From Propionibacteriaceae bacterium (GTDB taxonomy: Bacteria > Actinomycetota > Actinomycetes > Propionibacteriales > Propionibacteriaceae), in NCBI GenBank assembly GCA_031254155.1, contig JAIRVA010000011.1, positions 1 through 39,841 of the forward strand: a DNA stretch of 39,841 nucleotides, read 5' to 3'. Shown here one piece after another: positions 32,280 through 39,841 of the stretch (position 1 is its first letter; every line of letters begins with the position of its first letter). A program made the position numbers and the translations under genes. Under the pieces are notes generated by a model that searched no databases, was not told the origin of the DNA, and worked only from the letters and a program-made list of their open reading frames with translations.

Positions 32280-32701
32280 CTGGACGGTACGTTCTGATCG
32301 ACTCGAGCGTACCTTTGTACGCGCTCGGGCAAGAGTCGCCGTGGCGGGCAGCCTGCCGACAGGTACTGGCGGATCTCGCGAGTGGTGAACTCGTGGGCAT
32401 TGCGAGTACGGAAATGATCCAGGAGGTTGTGCACCATCGTCTCCGCATGACGGGTGACTCCGGACTGGCCGTGGCCGATGCCCGGGACGTGGCGGAACTG
32501 GTGACAGTCGTCCCGTTTGACGAGCCGGTACTGGCACGGGCGCTTGAGTTGATCGAACACACTGGGATCCGGGGCCGGGACGCCGTTCACGCGGCCACTG
32601 CCCTGGCCCACGGCGTCGACTGTGTCGTGTCCACCGATCCGGCCTTTGACCTGCCCGAGCTGTCCCGGGTGGACCCGGTCGCCCTGTCGAACGCTGCCTA
32701 G
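32276..32701 (+). CDS. vapC: PIN-domain ribonuclease toxin VapC
   Basis: YVLIDSSVPLYA (first acidic residue), TEMIQEVVH, RDAVHAATAL and VVSTDPAFD. Confidence 0.85.
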   Translation: MTGRYVLIDSSVPLYALGQESPWRAACRQVLADLASGELVGIASTEMIQEVVHHRLRMTGDSGLAVADARDVAELVTVVPFDEPVLARALELIEHTGIRGRDAVHAATALAHGVDCVVSTDPAFDLPELSRVDPVALSNAA

Positions 32702-32741
32702 TCGTTCCGCGTGATCCTCACGGCATTGCTCCAGGGGGGCG

Positions 32742-33026
32742 TCAGCCGACCTTAACGCGATACCGTTGTCGGGCGGCTTCAGCCGTCGTTCCTAGCGCCA
32801 AGCCAATCTTGTGCCATGACTGACCCTCCCGACGGGCAGATTGCACGAGTCGTTCCGCTGCCGTCTCCAGAGTTCGCTGCTGGTGCCGTACGCGACGAAG
32901 TTCCATGAGGGGCGGCACAGGTACACCGGGACTCGGCTCAACACCGGCCTCGAAGCGATCTGCCAGCTAGTCTCCCCAGTCGGCGAGGTCCTTGCGCTCT
33001 GCACTCGTCAGGGTATCCATGATCAT
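32742..33026 (-). pseudogene. small HTH protein gene interrupted by an in-frame TAG
   Basis: ATG 33026 has AAGGAGGA 8 nt upstream and an ATGA overlap with the upstream gene's stop. The reading is MIMDTLTSAERKDLADWGD-TAG(32967-32969)-LADRFEAGVEPSPGVPVPPLMELRRVRHQQRTLETAAERLVQSARREGQSWHKIGLALGTTAEAARQRYRVKVG*. All 285 nt are in one frame. The HTH tail is paralogous in style to the 3046..3291 protein. Confidence 0.45.
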
Positions 33027-33268
33027 TGTGCCAGTCCTCCTTTTCTCAGCGTCTCGTTTCTCGCCACCATCGCGTGGACCAGGCAGATCGCGTCGTAGTC
33101 TGCCCGTTCGACAGCGCCGACCTCAATCAGAGTCGTTCCAGAGCGGGCTGGTCCGATGTACATCACCAGTATTCTGGGCCCGGAGTCATCGGAAAAGGCC
33201 GCTACAGCGAAGTCGTAGGCGTGCATGGTGTCCGCATTTGCTATCCCGTGCCGATGAGCGGATGGCAA
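33023..33268 (-). CDS. small hypothetical protein (toxin-like; ..YIGPARSGTTLIEVG...VHAMVAR.. family)
   Basis: 81-aa ORF with a TTG start. RHGIANADTMHA...LVMYIGPARSGTTLIEVGAV...ICLVHAMVAR resembles a mycobacterial small-protein family with an ..iGpD.aG.lLEv....iHAM..R pattern. Start and function are uncertain. Confidence 0.45.
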   Translation of the reverse strand: MPSAHRHGIANADTMHAYDFAVAAFSDDSGPRILVMYIGPARSGTTLIEVGAVERADYDAICLVHAMVARNETLRKGGLAQ

Positions 33269-33296
33269 GATCAGCGGATCTGGCGGCGCGTCTGAG

Positions 33297-33671
33297 TTAC
33301 GTGAGGGCGACCCCGTAGGCCGCGAACTGGCGGTCGCTGGTCATGATCGTGAGATCCTCCACCAGGGCCTGGGCGATGAGCATGCGGTCGAAGGGGTCGC
33401 GGTGGATGAGGGGCAGCGTACCCAATCGCGCCGCGTGATCCTCCGTGAAAGGTAGATTGCGGAAGCCGAGACGGTCTGCCACGTGCGCTAGGGCGGTCGG
33501 TGGCTCGGGCAGCTTGCCGATACTGGCCTTGACTGCGATTTCCGCGAGACTGATGGCTGACACCCAGACCTCGTTACCGGGGTCGGTCAGCAGGTCGCGC
33601 CGGACGGAGTCGAGGTCACTTGAGTCGGCGAGAACCCACAACAATGCGTTGGTGTCCACTAGGATCCTCAC
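33297..33671 (-). CDS. vapC: PIN-domain toxin VapC
   Basis: The GTG at 33671 overlaps the phd stop (GTGA). Motifs are ILVDTNALLW, SAISLAEIAVK, HRDPFDRMLIAQA and IMTSDRQF. Confidence 0.85.
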   Translation of the reverse strand: MRILVDTNALLWVLADSSDLDSVRRDLLTDPGNEVWVSAISLAEIAVKASIGKLPEPPTALAHVADRLGFRNLPFTEDHAARLGTLPLIHRDPFDRMLIAQALVEDLTIMTSDRQFAAYGVALT

Positions 33672-33940
33672 GAGGTCGCCCCCGCGGGGGTATCGTCGGC
33701 GACCGTCTCGTCGCCGTACCATAGCCGGTCGTCGTCTGGCGTGTACGCGTCCCAGCCGTCCGGGATGGTGTAGTCCTTCCACAGCCCGAGCGTTCGGACG
33801 ACCGGCGAAACGCCGGGCGGGGGAGCAATCCGCGCGACCGGGCGGCCGTGACGGGTGAGGACAGTCTCGTACCCGTTCTCCGCGAGAGCGACCAACCGGG
33901 AGAACTGGTTTTTAGCGTCCAAGATACCGACTGCTGTCAT
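33668..33940 (-). CDS. Phd/YefM-family antitoxin
   Basis: MTAVGILDAKNQFSRLVALAENGYETVLTRHGRPVARIAP is the canonical Phd/YefM N-terminus. Confidence 0.85.
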   Translation of the reverse strand: MTAVGILDAKNQFSRLVALAENGYETVLTRHGRPVARIAPPPGVSPVVRTLGLWKDYTIPDGWDAYTPDDDRLWYGDETVADDTPAGATS

Positions 33941-33953
33941 GATCGAATGTTAG

Positions 33954-33983
33954 CAGATTCTGGCCAGATGTGGCCAGAATCTG
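33954..33983. promoter_or_regulatory. perfect 13-bp inverted repeat (CAGATTCTGGCCA-GATG-TGGCCAGAATCTG) upstream of phd; candidate operator
   Basis: Read directly from the sequence. On the coding strand it is followed by TAACAT (-10-like, 33947-33952), 6 nt, then ATG 33940, with no Shine-Dalgarno sequence. This suggests a leaderless, autoregulated promoter. Confidence 0.6.
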
Positions 33984-34087
33984 ACTGGTCGATCACAGTT
34001 GGCTGGTCGACTGCACCTCAGCGGATTTGGCGGACCGGGGCGTTTGTACCCCACGCCGCGTCGGCGGTCAAGACGGTGGCTGAGGCG

Positions 34088-34357
34088 TCAAGCGCGCACA
34101 CCGCCGAGTTCTTCCAGGTCTCGGGCCGCTTCAGCCCGTCGGTCGGCAATGAGTTCGTCGACTACGTTGACGTCGGGGTGCTTCAGGTTGGCCCAGATCT
34201 CATCTCGTAGCTGCTCCCGGGTGCACAATCTCCACCCGTACTCGACGGGGACCATCACCAACTTGACGCCCGGTCTCCAGCCCTCGGCGTCGCAGATGTC
34301 TTGGGGGATGAAAACCTCTCCCTCATCGCCGATCGTCAGTACGACAACGGTGTTCAT
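34088..34357 (-). CDS. AbrB/MazE/SpoVT-domain protein (orphan antitoxin-like)
   Basis: MNTVVVLTIGDEGEVFIPQDICDAEGWRPGVKLVMVPVEYGWRL fits the SpoVT-AbrB swapped-hairpin pattern. TACGAT lies 6 nt upstream of ATG 34357. No toxin ORF lies downstream. Confidence 0.65.
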   Translation of the reverse strand: MNTVVVLTIGDEGEVFIPQDICDAEGWRPGVKLVMVPVEYGWRLCTREQLRDEIWANLKHPDVNVVDELIADRRAEAARDLEELGGVRA

Positions 34358-34423
34358 TCTGCTATCGTACCAGAGCTGTTCGTCGCGGGGACCCGTCTCG
34401 GGCCGGTCTGGTGGTACCGACAA

Positions 34424-34457
34424 CAAGGGTGCCCCAGGTTTCCCCGGGGCACCCTTG
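34424..34457 (-). terminator. strong hairpin downstream of glpK (12-bp stem CAAGGGTGCCCC / GGGGCACCCTTG, 10-nt loop)
   Basis: Read directly from the sequence, 19 nt after the glpK stop. On the minus strand it is followed by TTGTCGG. Confidence 0.55.
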
Positions 34458-34475
34458 GCTGAGAAGCCCGAAAGC

Positions 34476-35990
34476 TTACTCCGCAACGTCCTCGTCGACC
34501 CAGTTGAAGGTCTTGGTGACGGCCTTCTTCCAGTTGCGGTACAGACGGTCGCGGTGCTCCTCGTCCATCTCCGGGACCCACCGCTTGTCAACGGCCCAGT
34601 TGTCGATGACATCCTGCTCGCCGTTCCAGAAGCCCACGGCGATGCCGGCGGCGTACGCCGCGCCGAGCGCGGTGGTCTCCGCCACGACCGGGCGTACCAC
34701 CGGCACGCCGACCATGTCGGCCTGGAACTGCATGAGGAGGTTGTTGGCGGTCATGCCGCCGTCAACCTTGAGCTCGGCGAGCTTGGCACCCGAGTCGGCC
34801 TCCATGGCGTCCAGGACCTCGCGGGTCTGGAAGGCGGTCGCCTCCAGAGCGGCGCGAGCCAGGTGGCCGCGGTTGACGTACCTGGTCAGGCCGACGATCG
34901 CGCCGCGCGCGTCGCCGCGCCAGTACGGGGCGAACAGGCCGGAGAAGGCCGGGACGAAGTACGCGCCACCATTGTCGTCGACCGACATGGCCAGGGCCTC
35001 GACCTCGGGGGAGGAGTCGAACATCTTCAGGTTGTCGCGCAGCCACTGGATGAGCGAACCGGTGACGGCGATCGAACCCTCGAGCGCGTAGACCGGCTTC
35101 TGGCCGTCGATCTGGTAGCACACCGTGGTGAGCAGGCCGTTCTGGGAGAAGACCGGGGTCTCACCGGTGTTCATCAGCATGAAGCAGCCCGTGCCGTACG
35201 TGTTCTTGGCCTTGCCGACCTCGAAGCACGCCTGGCCGAACGTCGCGGCCTGCTGGTCGCCCAAGTCGCCCGCGATGGGCAGCCCGGCGACGACCGGCTC
35301 CTTGGCCTCGCCGTACACCTTCGACGACGGGACGATCATCGGCAGCATCGAGGCGGGGATCGTCAGCGCCTCGGCCATTTCGGGATCCCACTGGAGCGTC
35401 TGGACGTCCATGAGGAAGGTCCGGGAGGCGTTGGTGACGTCGATGATGTGCATGCCGTCGTTGACGCCGCCGGTCAGGTTCCAGATCAGCCAGCAGTCAA
35501 TCGTGCCCATGAGCAGGTCGCCGGCCTCCGCCGCGGCGCGCGCGCCCTCGACGTTGTCCAGGATCCACTTGACCTTGGGGCCGCAGAAGTACGTCGCCAG
35601 GGGCAGACCGACCTTGTGCTGGTACTTGTACTGGTCGCCGCCGCCGAGCTCGTCGACGATGGCCTGGGTCCGGGTGTCCTGCCAGACGATGGCGTTGTAA
35701 ACGGGCTTGCCCGTGTGCTTGTCCCACACCACCGTGGTCTCACGCTGGTTGGTGATGCCGATGGCCGCGATGTCGTCCTTGGTGACAGCGGCGGCGTGGA
35801 GCGCGCCGGTGATGACCTGGACCGTCCGGGTCCAGATCTCAATCGGGTCGTGCTCGACCCAGCCGGCGCGCGGGAAGATCTGCTCGTGTTCGAGCTGATG
35901 GCTGCCCACGATGCGCCCGGAGTGGTTGAAGACGATCGCCCGCGAGCTGGTCGTACCGGAATCGATTGCGAGAATGTACTTTTCTGACAT
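34476..35990 (-). CDS. glpK: glycerol kinase
   Basis: [21 protein letters not shown]...GWVEHDP..IW...[12 protein letters not shown]...GTGCFML...[17 protein letters not shown]. Full-length FGGY kinase. Confidence 0.95.
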   Translation of the reverse strand: MSEKYILAIDSGTTSSRAIVFNHSGRIVGSHQLEHEQIFPRAGWVEHDPIEIWTRTVQVITGALHAAAVTKDDIAAIGITNQRETTVVWDKHTGKPVYNAIVWQDTRTQAIVDELGGGDQYKYQHKVGLPLATYFCGPKVKWILDNVEGARAAAEAGDLLMGTIDCWLIWNLTGGVNDGMHIIDVTNASRTFLMDVQTLQWDPEMAEALTIPASMLPMIVPSSKVYGEAKEPVVAGLPIAGDLGDQQAATFGQACFEVGKAKNTYGTGCFMLMNTGETPVFSQNGLLTTVCYQIDGQKPVYALEGSIAVTGSLIQWLRDNLKMFDSSPEVEALAMSVDDNGGAYFVPAFSGLFAPYWRGDARGAIVGLTRYVNRGHLARAALEATAFQTREVLDAMEADSGAKLAELKVDGGMTANNLLMQFQADMVGVPVVRPVVAETTALGAAYAAGIAVGFWNGEQDVIDNWAVDKRWVPEMDEEHRDRLYRNWKKAVTKTFNWVDEDVAE

Positions 35991-36152
35991 GTAGTTCCTC
36001 CGAATTGTAAATTTTTAGTGACAAGTGAGTTTGGCTCGAAGCGAGCCAGAGCGGCGGTACGACACTGTCGTAGGTCGTACTGCCAATAGTGAACCGGGTG
36101 TGAACCGGGGCCAAGACCCTGACGGCGACTTGGCCCCGGTCAATCTCATGAG

Positions 36153-36944
36153 TTAGGCGATCGGGCCGAAGGCGCCGTTGAAGGCGAGGTACACGAGCGC
36201 AGCGAGGACGCCGCCGATGATCGGGCCGACGATGGGTACCCACGCGTACCCCCAGTCGGAGCTGCCCTTGTCCTTGACCGGCATGACGGCGTGCCACAAG
36301 CGGGGGCCGAGGTCACGAGCCGGGTTGATGGCGTAGCCGGTCGGCCCGCCGAGCGAGGCGCCGATGCCAACGATGAGCAGGGCGACACCCAGCGCGTTAA
36401 GCCAGCCCATGTTGCCAGCGTTGCCCTGGTAACCCGAAAGCAGGACGACGGTGACCAGCACGAAGGTACCGATCGCCTCAGTGACGCAGTTCCAACCGAG
36501 GGACCGGATGGCCGGGCCCGTCGAGAAGACACCCAGCTTGGTGCCCTCGGGCTGCGGGATGTCGAACTGCTTCTTGTAGGTCAGCCAGCAGAGCCCGGCG
36601 CCCACGAAGGCTCCGAGCACCTGGGCGACAAGGTAGATAGTGACATTGCCTGCGGTCACCGGCACCCCGGCTGCGAGCGTGACTGAGCTGTCGCCCATGT
36701 GGGCCACCACTTTGCCAATGGTCACGGCGGGGTTCAGATGGCCGCCGGACTTGAAGGCGACCAGAACGCCGGCGAAGACACCGATGCCCCATCCCCAGTT
36801 GATCAGGAGCCAGCCGGTCCCGGAGCCTTTGCTTTCATTGAACACGGTGTTGGCGACAACACCAGTGCCCAGGAGCAGCAGTATTGCAGTGCCTGCGAAC
36901 TCGGACAGGAAGATCTGTCCGAGGGATACGTCAAGAAGCACCAT
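36153..36944 (-). CDS. glpF: glycerol uptake facilitator (MIP/aquaglyceroporin)
   Basis: Two NPA boxes (GGHLNPAVTIG and YAINPARDLGPR) and six TM segments. ATG 36944 is preferred over GTG 36977, but the start is uncertain. Confidence 0.9.
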   Translation of the reverse strand: MVLLDVSLGQIFLSEFAGTAILLLLGTGVVANTVFNESKGSGTGWLLINWGWGIGVFAGVLVAFKSGGHLNPAVTIGKVVAHMGDSSVTLAAGVPVTAGNVTIYLVAQVLGAFVGAGLCWLTYKKQFDIPQPEGTKLGVFSTGPAIRSLGWNCVTEAIGTFVLVTVVLLSGYQGNAGNMGWLNALGVALLIVGIGASLGGPTGYAINPARDLGPRLWHAVMPVKDKGSSDWGYAWVPIVGPIIGGVLAALVYLAFNGAFGPIA

Positions 36945-37035
36945 TCCTCTCTTTCTGGCATCTGCAATGATGCCCACTAGTCGATAGGCTTAATCTTGCC
37001 CGTTTTTGGACGCATGATCCACGCCATGGGAGAAT

Positions 37036-38037
37036 GTGCAGATGGAGAGGACGCTTATGCACGACCGGTACGACGATATGTACGAGGCTTGCATCCGCTA
37101 CTACATACAAGACGAAACGATGGAATCCATCGCGCGCCATCTTAAGTTGTCGCGTTCGTCGGTGTCGCGGTTGCTGGCGGAAGCGCGCGGTTCGGGGATG
37201 GTACGGATATCGGTCGAGGCGCCACAGGGCTCATCCTCCCCTGTCGCCCGCAGTGTTGCCGCCATTTTCGGGGTGCGCGTGCACCTGGTGACGGTCGGCG
37301 ACTCGGCGTCCATCGCGACCCGGTTCGAGCGCGTGTCCAAGCTGGCCGCGGCCCTCTTGCGGGACAGCGTCCGGGACGGGCAGTACATCGGGGTGGCGTG
37401 GGGCGTCACGTTGTCGAACATCGTACCTTTTCTCGAAAAACGCTCCTTGCACGATGCCACGATTGTGCAAATGAATGGTGGTACGAACGTCCATGATACG
37501 TCGGCCCGTCACGTCGCTGCTATACTACAATCCCTCTCGGCCAACTTCGACGCCCGCATCGTCCAGTTCCCCGTACCGGCCTTCTTCGACTACGCCGACA
37601 CCAAGCGGGCCATGTGGCGGGAGCGGTCGGTTCAGTTGGTCCTTAACCTCCAAGCCCGGCTTGACATCGCCATTTTCGGTGTCGGCTCGGTCTATGGCCG
37701 CGTCCCGTCCCACGTTTACGCCGCGGGTTTTCTGGATGAGGCCGACCTGGCGCAGGCCAAGGCGCAGGGCGTCGTGGGCGACGTGTGTACGGTATTGATT
37801 CGTGAAAATGGGTCGTACGAGGACATCACTCTCAACCAGCGGGCGTCCGGGCTGACGCCGGCCGAGTTGCAGCGGATCCCCCGGCGCATCGGCGTGGTGG
37901 CCGACCCGTCGCGGGCGGCGGCGCTGCTCGGCGCGCTGCGGGCCCGGACCATGACCGATCTGGTGTGCGACGACTCCACCGCCCGGGCACTGCTCGACCT
38001 CTTCGATCCCGAGGAAGGCCGCAAGGTCCGGGTGTAG
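37036..38037 (+). CDS. SorC/DeoR(Bsu)-family sugar-binding transcriptional regulator
   Basis: N-terminal HTH ACIRYYIQDETMESIARHLKLSRSSVSRLLAEARGSGMVRISV followed by a sugar-phosphate-binding domain (GVAWGVTL..., IFGVGS...). Divergent from glpFK. Confidence 0.85.
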   Translation: MQMERTLMHDRYDDMYEACIRYYIQDETMESIARHLKLSRSSVSRLLAEARGSGMVRISVEAPQGSSSPVARSVAAIFGVRVHLVTVGDSASIATRFERVSKLAAALLRDSVRDGQYIGVAWGVTLSNIVPFLEKRSLHDATIVQMNGGTNVHDTSARHVAAILQSLSANFDARIVQFPVPAFFDYADTKRAMWRERSVQLVLNLQARLDIAIFGVGSVYGRVPSHVYAAGFLDEADLAQAKAQGVVGDVCTVLIRENGSYEDITLNQRASGLTPAELQRIPRRIGVVADPSRAAALLGALRARTMTDLVCDDSTARALLDLFDPEEGRKVRV

Positions 38038-38065
38038 ATGTCGGATGTGGGGGACTCCGAGCGCG

Positions 38066-38722
38066 TTAGTCCCGCCCGGGCGGGAGGCCGAGTTGGGCGA
38101 CGTCGATGCGCCGGGTGGCGGCGGGTGCCCAGGCGTTCACCTGGCGGGCGTTGGCTTCATCGACCTGCGCCACCCAGTCGGCGGCCGCCTGGGCTGACTT
38201 GCCGAAACGTTGGTGCCGCTCGATCAGGCGGTGGCGGCGCTCGGCGTCGTCGAGGTCGCAGTGCCAGATCTCGTGGACGAGGTGCCGGATGCTGGACCAG
38301 GGGGCGGCGGGGGCGAGCAGGTAGTTGCCCTCGGTGATCACGACGTGGCAGTCCGGGGCGACGGCCAACCCGGCGGCGAGGGGCTGCTCGAGGGTCCGGT
38401 CGAACTCCGGCGCGTACACCACGTGGTCGCGCTCGGTCCGCAGTCGTTGCAGGAGGGCGAGGTACCCCCAGCCGTCGAACGTGTCCAGCGCACCCTTGCG
38501 CTCCCGCCGGCCGAGCGCGGCCAGCTGGGCATCGCTTAAGTGGAATCCGTCCATCGGCACACGGGTGGCCGGTACGCCGGCGGCGGTGAGCGCGGCGGCG
38601 AGGTGCCAGGCCAGCGTCGACTTGCCCGCCCCCGGGGCGCCCGAGAGGCCCAACAGGATGCGGTCGTTGGTCGTGTCGGCCAGCGTGATTGCGGCGTCGA
38701 CCAGAGCGGTCAAAGTGGTCAT
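38066..38722 (-). CDS. P-loop nucleoside/nucleotide-kinase-family protein (PRK/uridine-kinase-like, FrcK-like)
   Basis: Walker A GLSGAPGAGKST, then VPMDGFH...LDTFDGWGY and VITEGNYLL. ATGA overlap with the upstream mannitol-dehydrogenase-family gene. Confidence 0.75.
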   Translation of the reverse strand: MTTLTALVDAAITLADTTNDRILLGLSGAPGAGKSTLAWHLAAALTAAGVPATRVPMDGFHLSDAQLAALGRRERKGALDTFDGWGYLALLQRLRTERDHVVYAPEFDRTLEQPLAAGLAVAPDCHVVITEGNYLLAPAAPWSSIRHLVHEIWHCDLDDAERRHRLIERHQRFGKSAQAAADWVAQVDEANARQVNAWAPAATRRIDVAQLGLPPGRD

Positions 38723-39841
38723 GCCGCGGCCAGAGCGCGGAGCATGGCTAGGGCGCCGGTCGTGTGGAGTTGGTCCAGGGCCCAGCGGTACGGGGTGGTG
38801 AAGCGGGGGTCGGCGACGAGGTCGCCGAAGAACTGTTCCAGGCGCAGGAAGGCCAGGGGGTCATCGGGGTGGCGGGCGGCCGCTGCGACCAACTCGTCGC
38901 GGGCGCGGTCGTCGATGGCGAGCGGGCGGCCGGTGTCGTCCGTACCTTCGCACTCACGCGCCCACGCCGCCACCATCGCCGCCGAACGCCGGATGTCGGC
39001 GGCCGGGTCACTGGCGAGGCGCTCCTTGATCATCGGTACCAGCCACTTGGGGATCCGGTCGGACGTTTCCGCGGCCAGCCGCTCGACCGTGTCCCGGACC
39101 GCCACGTTCGAGAAGCGCGCGACCAGGGTGTCCTTGTAGGCTGTCAGGTCCTCACCCGGTACGGGGGTGAGGCTCGGCGTCACGTCGATGTCCATGAAGC
39201 CGCGCACGAACCCGGCGATGTCCGGGTCGGCCATGGCCTCGTGAACGAACTCATAGCCCGCGAGGCGGGCGGGGTACGCGAGCGCCTGGTGCGAGCAGTT
39301 CAACAACCTGAGCTTCATGAGTTCGTAGGGGATGACGTCGTTGGTGAGGTGGACTCCGGCGTGTTCGTAGGCGGGCCGGCCGGTGGGGAAGTCGTCGGTG
39401 AGGGCCCATTGGATGAAGGCTTCGGCTACGACGGGCCAGCCGTCGTCGATGCCGTACCGTCCGGCGATGTCACGGCGGTCCTGGTCGGTGGTTTGCGGGG
39501 TGATCCGGTCGACCATGGACGACGGGAAGTGGACAGTGTCGGCGATCCAGGTGGCGAAGGCGGGGTCGCGGAGTTTCGCGTACGCGGTGAGGGCTTTGCG
39601 GGCGACGGCGCCGTTGTGGAGGATGTTGTCACACGACATGATCGTGAACGGGGGCACGCCCTGGTCGTGGCGGCGGCGCAACCCGTCGTAGAGGTAGCCG
39701 AAGATGGTGGTGGGCCGGGTGCCGGGGACGAGTTCGGCTTGGACGGCGGGGTTGTCGGTGAGGAAGTCGCCGGTGACTTGGTCGAAGTTGTAGCCGCCTT
39801 CGGTGATCGTGAGGGACACGATGCGGATGGCCGGGTCGGCC
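38719..39841 (-). CDS. mannitol dehydrogenase family oxidoreductase (mannitol 2-dehydrogenase/arabinitol dehydrogenase-like); N-terminus outside the window
   Basis: VSLTITEGGY, FTIMSCDNILHNG, VDRITPQTT and KLRLLNCSHQAL. The frame stays open to the window edge, so the Rossmann N-terminus is missing from the window. Confidence 0.85.
   Translation of the reverse strand, partial: ADPAIRIVSLTITEGGYNFDQVTGDFLTDNPAVQAELVPGTRPTTIFGYLYDGLRRRHDQGVPPFTIMSCDNILHNGAVARKALTAYAKLRDPAFATWIADTVHFPSSMVDRITPQTTDQDRRDIAGRYGIDDGWPVVAEAFIQWALTDDFPTGRPAYEHAGVHLTNDVIPYELMKLRLLNCSHQALAYPARLAGYEFVHEAMADPDIAGFVRGFMDIDVTPSLTPVPGEDLTAYKDTLVARFSNVAVRDTVERLAAETSDRIPKWLVPMIKERLASDPAADIRRSAAMVAAWARECEGTDDTGRPLAIDDRARDELVAAAARHPDDPLAFLRLEQFFGDLVADPRFTTPYRWALDQLHTTGALAMLRALAAA

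Noticed and set aside
1-39841. I scanned for CRISPR arrays, rRNA genes, intact tRNA genes, integrase or recombinase genes, and long direct repeats flanking the low-GC islands.
   Set aside because: No spacer-repeat periodicity, no rRNA-like conserved blocks, no full cloverleaf and no integrase motif were seen. Short direct repeats cannot be excluded without a computational self-alignment.

Overview
About 39.8 kb of high-G+C, actinobacterium-like chromosomal DNA. All family calls come from motif recognition by eye; no searches were possible. Core blocks of high G+C with strong G/C third-position bias: a ROK regulator, a sugar ABC importer and GH15 + GH31 glycosidases (11.1-18.9 kb); kdpD-kdpE (27.1-30.3 kb); ispH and a DJ-1/PfpI protein (30.3-32.0 kb); glpK-glpF with a divergent SorC-type regulator (34.5-38.0 kb); and a P-loop kinase with a mannitol-dehydrogenase-family gene that runs off the right edge. 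Four visibly lower-G+C accessory segments interrupt these. (i) 1 to ~5.8 kb is the remnant of a mobilisable or integrative element: a transposase tail abutting a 5'-truncated MobV relaxase, an XRE regulator, an ArdA antirestriction gene, and a tRNA-3'-end-like 23-mer that may be an att scar. (ii) 6.2-10.9 kb is a defence islet with a canonical AbiEi/AbiEii pair, a second non-canonical nucleotidyltransferase pair and a NucS/DUF91-like PD-(D/E)xK nuclease. (iii) 19.8-25.5 kb is the most interesting region. It is a tightly coupled three-gene cassette of a C5 DNA methyltransferase, a 978-aa protein fusing a MutL/MORC/Hsp90-type GHKL ATPase to a complete histidine-kinase transmitter, and a 549-aa divergent receiver protein with an unrecognisable C-terminal half. 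No nuclease is present, so this looks like a methylation-linked defensive two-component system that I cannot assign to a named system. (iv) 32.0-34.4 kb is a cluster of toxin-antitoxin modules. Other oddities: two accessory genes are interrupted by in-frame stop codons (TAA at 19189-19191, TAG at 32967-32969). kdpDE lacks kdpABC and is preceded by a KdpF-like small ORF and a structured leader that may be a c-di-AMP riboswitch. Several TA/Abi operons share a '-10 hexamer, N6, ATG' leaderless geometry with palindromic operators. No rRNA, intact tRNA or CRISPR array was seen.
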